From: Octopus bimaculoides
Lineage: Eukaryota
Length of the DNA stretch: 64,000 nucleotides
Assembly: GCF_001194135.2 (NCBI RefSeq)
Contig: NC_068981.1
Coordinates: 158,657,560 to 158,721,559, forward strand
Direction of reading: 5' to 3'
The position numbers were made by a program, and so were the translations under genes. This document shows, piece by piece, positions 57,598 through 64,000 of this stretch (position 1 is the stretch's first letter; every line of letters starts with the position of its first letter). The notes beneath the pieces were generated by a model that was not told where the DNA came from, ran no database searches, and saw only the letters and a list, made by a program, of their open reading frames with translations.

Positions 57598-58818
57598 CCT
57601 TTCTACTAAAGGCATAAGGACTGAAATTTGGGAGGAGGGGAACTAGTTGATTACATCGCACCCAGTATTTCACAGGTACTTATTTCACTGACCCTGACAA
57701 GATGAAAGGCTAACTTCAACAGAATTTGAACTCAGGGCGTAATGCTAGAAGAAATGTTCCTAAGTATTTTGTCCAGTGCAGTAATGATTCAGCTAGCTCG
57801 CAGCCATTTTATTATTATTATTATTATTATTATTATGATTTCAAATTTTGGTCCAATGCCAGCGAGTTCAGAGGAGGGGGTAAAACAATTATCCCAGTGC
57901 TAAACTGATACTCATTTTATCAATCCCAAAAGGATGAAAGGCAAAGTCAACCTTGGCAGAATTTAATAATAATAATTATAATGGTAATAGCTTATTAAAA
58001 AGACACAGGATGAATTTTTATAAGGGAAGTAGTATAATTGATTAAACAAGCAGGATTTGAAATTAGAAGTAGTAACTGAATGCAAAGCACCTAAAGTAGC
58101 TCTCAACCATCTATGCCATTTTTACCACTACCACCATCATGACGACGATGGCGACAATGACGATGATGATGGTGGTGGTGGTGGTGGTACTTGAATGTTT
58201 TCCACGATAATTAACAATCAAGTATCAAAGCTTATAATGTGTGGAAAGGGACCCTGTGAGACCTCTGCCAACAGGCTGCTGTCCGCTCTCACAGAATCAA
58301 CCAGAGCAAACAAGACCAAGAGCTCTGAGAAGTAAAACAACAACAACAACAACAATAATAATAATAATAAATTCTTTTAACCAGGTGCAATGCTGTTACT
58401 GGTAAAGAGCATACTGAATTGATCTCAGTACATTACTAGTTCTTGTTTTAACAGTTTCAAGGTTATGGAAAATTAAAATTGATCCTAGTGAGATTTTGAA
58501 CAACAAAATATAAGGTACCAAACTTTATATCATACTGTAAGTAGAACTTATTAATCAAGCAGAAAGCTAATTCTTTACAGAAGAAAGAACTGGCAACAGC
58601 CAACAGAATCAAATTAGTATCTAAGTCCAATTGGCTAGAATGACTCCTCACAAAGTATAAAATCTTACATTCAGAGCGGAAGAAAATAGATGTAATATTG
58701 TTCAGAAATGAGCAGTGCTAATAAAGCTACTCCAACTGAGAAGCAGAAATGGATCATGGACTGGGTTTATAAAGAACTTACTTTTCAATCATGACCACTA
58801 CCAATAATAATAATAATA

Positions 58819-58880
<62 letters not shown>

Positions 58881-59560
58881 GATGATGATAATAATAATAA
58901 TAATAATAATTTTTGATTTAAACACAAGGCAAACAATTTTCAGGGGAGAGGCTTGTCCATACCAATGACCCTGGTATGTAACTGGTATTTTATTTTATTG
59001 ACCCCAGAGGGATGAAAAAGCGAAGCTGTTCCCAGCAGAATTTTAACTCAGAATGTACAGAGCAAAATAATACTGTAATACTTCTTTTTTTTTTTTTCTT
59101 TCTCAGACTCTAACATTTCTGCCAATGCACCACCTTTAGTGACTTCTGATTTAGGTACAAGGCCAGCAATTTTGAAGGGCAGGGAAGCCAGACAATTACA
59201 CCGACTCTGAGTGGTACTTTATTTTATCAATCCCTAAGGGATGACAAACAAAGTTGACCTTGGTGGGATTTGAAGCCAAAGCATAAAGAGCCAGAAGAAA
59301 CAAGGCGTCTTTTGTGTGATGCTCTAACAATTTTACCAATCCACCACCCTTTATCATAGAAAATTCACAATAATAATTGACAAGTGATATATTTAGGAGG
59401 GGAAAGTCTATGATAAAAGAAAAAGCATCTATATAGCTGGGATTGCATATATCTCTTAGGAATTTACATTTTACATTCATTAATTCCTTAACTATGGCAC
59501 AAGGCCATAAATTTATGGGGAATGGGGTGAGATTGCATAGTGACCATGCCTTCATCAAGA
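57596..59560 (-). repeat. Cluster of degraded family A SINE copies interspersed with (TAA)n/(CAA)n/(GAT)n tracts
   Basis: Repeated units starting ggcataagg/ttttggtcc/aacacaagg/ggtacaagg/ggcacaagg at about 57609, 57846, 58921, 59154 and 59496; a long (TAA)n tract at 58802-58910. Confidence 0.7.
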
Positions 59561-59766
59561 AGATTAGCAGTATAACCAGCAAAAAAATAAAAAAGAACTC
59601 AGCTGCAGACATAACTTACTGGAGGTTTACCTTTCATTCTACGGTGCTCATCATATTATAATTTATAAAATTCATTTATATCTCTATACATATATAGATA
59701 TATATATATATATACATATATACTCTTACCATAATTATCAGAACAAGCCACACTATAGTCTCCATT

Positions 59767-60804
59767 ATGTCTATTGCTAAACCATCTATTATATACTCCA
59801 ATGTTGGTGGCCAAATCAAACAATATACAGTGTCTTTAAGTAAGACCCAAAAAGAATATACTTCCTATATAGGAGGTCCGTTTCCTCCACCAAAATTAAA
59901 TATATTTTCAGAAGGATCTTTGAAGGAGATATATCAGTATATTTTAAAACAAGGCGGAGGCACTGATATACTGCCCAAGCATATAGTCCATTATTTATGG
60001 CAATATTGCAGGACTTTCATGAAAACCACTGGTAAAAGTGATATATATAGCTACGGTTTACCTATTGAAGGAACAGACGTAGATCCTACAGTCTTCTTTG
60101 AAGTCATCCCCTCAGACACATTTGTGACATCATCAAATCACGACCGAATAGGCAATGAGTATTATCATGGCATGACTTTTTATATTGTCATGTTATATAA
60201 AGTGGAAAACATTTCTATTTCTGCTGAATATACAGAATATAAGAATTTGATAATGCAGCAATTTAACTCTCACAGGTTGATTTTTCCTTTTCGTTATACT
60301 ACAGACATGTCATCAACTAATCCACTAAGTCAGATTATCAAATCACCTCAAATTTTTCAACTAATGGCTGCAATGGACTACTTTTTATATCATCACGACC
60401 TGTCTCATTTGACTCTGCTGCACAAAGGAACTATTCTTATCCGCTATGAGGGTCTACATATGATTGAGGTGTTGGATCACTTTAGAACTTTATTAAGTTT
60501 GGAAGTTGGCGATTTGGCTGGTCATCACCAGTGCAGTAGGATGCAAAGAAATGAACCGCCTCTTCAAATCTCTTCCGGAGTATTTCCATATCAGAGATCT
60601 CTAGGCCTGGTAGATAGAAGTATATTTTCAGCAGGTGCTAACCCGTACTTACATACTTTTTACAGTATGTCAGCCTATTTATACAAAGATCGCAGGTTCA
60701 TTAATGCACAGAACCTTGAACCCGGTTGCCTTTATATATTTAATTCTCTATATTTAATACTCAATATTTCATACATTCAATACGACATTCAATACTTCAT
60801 TTAA
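59767..60804 (+). CDS. Endogenous viral element: rhabdovirus-like nucleoprotein (N) ORF, intronless, 345 aa, C-terminally truncated
   Basis: Motifs are collinear with vesiculovirus N as recalled: SLKEIYQYI~SLSDLRGYV; DIYSYGLPI~DWSSFGINI; FYIVMLYKV~LYLLGLYRV; LMAAMDYFL~IVAAVDMFF; KGTILIRYEG~YGTIVSRFKD; VFPYQRSLGLVDRSIFSAGANPYLHTF~YMPYLIDFGLSSKSPYSSVKNPAFHFW; RRFINAQ~TRARNAR. Homology stops at about 60729, where the frame runs into very AT-rich sequence. Confidence 0.85.
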   Translation: MSIAKPSIIYSNVGGQIKQYTVSLSKTQKEYTSYIGGPFPPPKLNIFSEGSLKEIYQYILKQGGGTDILPKHIVHYLWQYCRTFMKTTGKSDIYSYGLPIEGTDVDPTVFFEVIPSDTFVTSSNHDRIGNEYYHGMTFYIVMLYKVENISISAEYTEYKNLIMQQFNSHRLIFPFRYTTDMSSTNPLSQIIKSPQIFQLMAAMDYFLYHHDLSHLTLLHKGTILIRYEGLHMIEVLDHFRTLLSLEVGDLAGHHQCSRMQRNEPPLQISSGVFPYQRSLGLVDRSIFSAGANPYLHTFYSMSAYLYKDRRFINAQNLEPGCLYIFNSLYLILNISYIQYDIQYFI

Positions 60805-60988
60805 TTTTACTATTTATATTATATTATATATTCCATATTCTATATCCCACATTAATTTTATAAGAATATAAATAAAACATAAAAAACAGACAGAGTTGGA
60901 ACTCTTTTAAATAATATATTCCTCTATACACGATCATACAAAACCCTTTTTTGTATATTTTTTTATTTTTATTTTTATTCACATATAT

Positions 60989-61047
<59 letters not shown>

Positions 61048-61063
61048 CACACACACACACACA

Positions 61064-61095
<32 letters not shown>

Positions 61096-64000
61096 TACAC
61101 ACAATGTATGTAGGTATATGCATAGATTTTTTATATATTTTGTTTAATCTTGTTTTTGTTTCTTTTTTAGTTTTATTAAAGTAACATGATAAATTTGTCC
61201 AACATTTTAAAACAACTGATATAAAACTATTCCCCTTAAATAATAAATCAACAAGAATTTTTGTGGTTTTTGATGTTGTTTTTTAAAGTGAGCAAATTAT
61301 TTTTGTCTGTGAAACAATGAACCCAAAGAAAAGAATAAAAAAAAAATATTCATAGAAGCTTCTTCAAAATTCAAAATCATCAAAAAGATGCAAAAATATG
61401 TATTAAAAAAAAAAAGAAAAGAAAACGAAAGAAAAAATCATAACGCCCACCTTCTACTCTCATGGATTTGGCAGATGACTGGAAAAGTCATAAAGTCAAC
61501 TGTATTGATCTGGTATGTCTATAAACAGACAATCTACCAGATGAAACTTTGATGAAATATGATAACATGAAGAATGATTTCTATGATGATAGAAAGACAA
61601 GACAACATATGAAAATAGGAAGAGAGATCTGGCAGAAGAGAGTATATCAACAAGGGCCAAATACACAAAAATCTCCCTCAACATAACAACACTGATTTGC
61701 TGAAGGATAACATGGCTTACAACAGAATGTATATACACCATTCAGACATTTAAACATACATTATAAGAGAACACAGATTGCAATACTGAAGTACTGTTGT
61801 GATGTTATTACACACTTCAGCATTCTCCTTGTCTTTCACAACTGAGTGGTTAATGTTATGAAGTAGTATTATGTTCCAATAAAATAAGTCAAAGGCTGAA
61901 ATTCTACAACTAACTCATTCTGACATAGCATTCTAAAATAACAAATTTACATATGTTAATGAAATAAAAATATAAGACCAATTTTGAGCTGAATTACTAC
62001 ATGGTCTAATGTCAAAACCATGCTAACGAAGTCACACTAAATGGCCTATTTCATCAAACATACATATACATTCATACATTTATCCAGTGATACTTAATAG
62101 ATTTATAATGGTGATAGAGAGTTGACAAGTACTACACTCAAGCTATGGGTAATACAATAAGAGGCCTAGCAGAGCTGCACAAGACTGTAAAATTCGTAAG
62201 TCGAAACTTTGCTGCCTTCAAAACATATTACTCTGTATTTTCCTTTCAACTTAATTTAATGGTGGAAAGGTGAATGATAGAAAAAGAAGACGCCAGGTTG
62301 GGAAAACACTTGCTTCAACAATTCATATATAAATAATATCCAAATATGAAAACCAGTAAATCATTCAATTCGTGTCAAGATGGAAGAAAAACTTCAACAA
62401 TAACAACAAAAGAGCTATAATTGCTACACTTTTTGCAAGCTGTTTATCATTCAGCATCATATAAGCATAGCTCTCTGTCTGAAAAGAACTGTTTCCTTTC
62501 TTTTCAGAAAATAAAGTAAAATTGTGAGTAAATTGTAAGCTTCAATGTCTTTTTTAAAAATTTGAGAAAATTTCCATATATTTTAAAATCATAATTCATG
62601 ATGATGAATACAGTCAAATTAAACTAGTTCTAATAGAAAAATAATAAGGTTTAAGACAATCAACAACTGATCTTTCAGACCAAGTCATTAATACAAAGCT
62701 CTGGCCTCAATCCAATATTAGAAGATGAAATGGTTTGATTTGACAACACTTTGTGTGACTAGTCTTTTATCTTCTTTTTGGACAGGTAAAAAAAAAAATT
62801 AAAAAAAGAAAACATATTATCATCATCATCATCATTTTAATGCCCACTTTTCTATACTTGTATGGGTCAGATGAAACTCGTTAAGGTAGCTTTTCCTATG
62901 GGAGAAAGCTCTTCTTTTTACTGACGCAAGGTAATATTTACCCAAGTCCTCTGAACAACAAAAAGCTTAATGGTCAGACATGTTTTCAAATAGCACACAC
63001 ATGTCAAGATAAGTGGTAAGCACAAATGCTTACTTGCACACACCCACACATATGCAAAGGGATTCTTACAGTTTCACTCTACTTCTCAGACACTTTCCAG
63101 CCCATTGCTATAGCAGAAGACACCAGCTGCCAGTATCCACACAGTAGGAATAAATTCTATGCATACATTTTCAAATCAATCATCTTCGCCATACAGTCAA
63201 ACCTCTGCCTATGCATGACCTGTACCTATGCATTCCTACAAATGTATACACACATAAATTTACACACACACACACACACACACGAACAGACTTTCAAAAC
63301 CAGTGTTGCCCTTCAGTATCTCTAGTGTATGGAAAGGATGAGAAGGATTATGAGTATTTAAGGGTCAACAGAAAGAAACTAATCAGCATAAATGAAAAAT
63401 ACACCCACCTAACTACCAACATACAATTAATGAGATTGATTTCTATTAAATAAAAATTTTAATGATGATGATGTNNNNNNNNNNNNNNNNNNNNNNNNNN
63501 NNNNNNNNNNNNNNNNNNNNNNNNNNNNNNNNNNNNNNNNNNNNNNNNNNNNNNNNNNNNNNNNNNNNNNNNNNNNNNNNNNNNNNNNNNNNNNNNNNNN
63601 NNNNNNNNNNNNNNNNNNNNNNNNNNNNNNNNNNNNNNNNNNNNNNNNNNNNNNNNNNNNNNNATGAACATATGCATGTGTGTAAATGCACATACACCAA
63701 CACACAGACAAACACACATATTTTTAATTCATTTACATTTTAAAGTAGTAAATCAAGGACAATTAATGAAATTTTTTTTTAACATAAAAGGTTAAAATGT
63801 GAAGTTTGTTACTTTCATCTTATAATTTTTATATACACATATGCATGCATGCACATGCACACACACACACACACACACACATTTGATTCCTTTATAAATT
63901 CATAAATCTGATTAGTTTCTTTTGATGTGGCAAAATTTATGATTTTAACATTGGTGTCCTTTTACATGTACATACACATATGTATAATTTAAAGTTAATG

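Noticed and set aside
59196-59661. ORFs of 138 aa (-) and 72 aa (+) just upstream of the EVE, considered as further viral genes
   Set aside because: They overlap recognisable SINE copies and show no P/M/G/L motifs.
60878-60896. CATAAAAAACAGACAG downstream of the EVE, resembling a rhabdovirus gene junction
   Set aside because: It lacks the G and the A7 run, lies 150 nt into host-like AT-rich sequence beyond the homology breakpoint, and is likely chance.
61490-61820. Possible further degraded R4-like fragment downstream of the EVE
   Set aside because: Too decayed to support with a clear motif.

Overview
AT-rich eukaryotic (animal) genomic DNA with six N-gaps, dense (TA)n/(CA)n/(TAA)n microsatellites and many tRNA-derived SINEs, LINE remnants and Tc1/mariner/piggyBac-type MITEs. 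The repeat landscape looks like a cephalopod (octopus-type) genome; this is inferred, not proven. Three spliced host genes were reconstructed by hand with in-phase GT-AG junctions: the 3' part of TSR2 (+, 982-5815), complete HSPA14 (-, 14 exons, 8011-28293) and complete MANF/ARMET (+, 4 exons, 29091-39220). HSPA14 and MANF are head-to-head across 797 bp that carries a perfect CRE and two ERSE-like elements. The standout feature is an intronless 345-codon ORF at 59767-60804 (+). It aligns motif by motif with rhabdovirus nucleoprotein (N) as I recall it, so it is a candidate endogenous rhabdovirus-like element. It is 5'-complete, 3'-truncated by about 100 aa, flanked by (TA)n tracts, and lies near an R4/Dong-type LINE remnant. 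All similarity calls come from manual comparison with remembered sequences; no database search was run.
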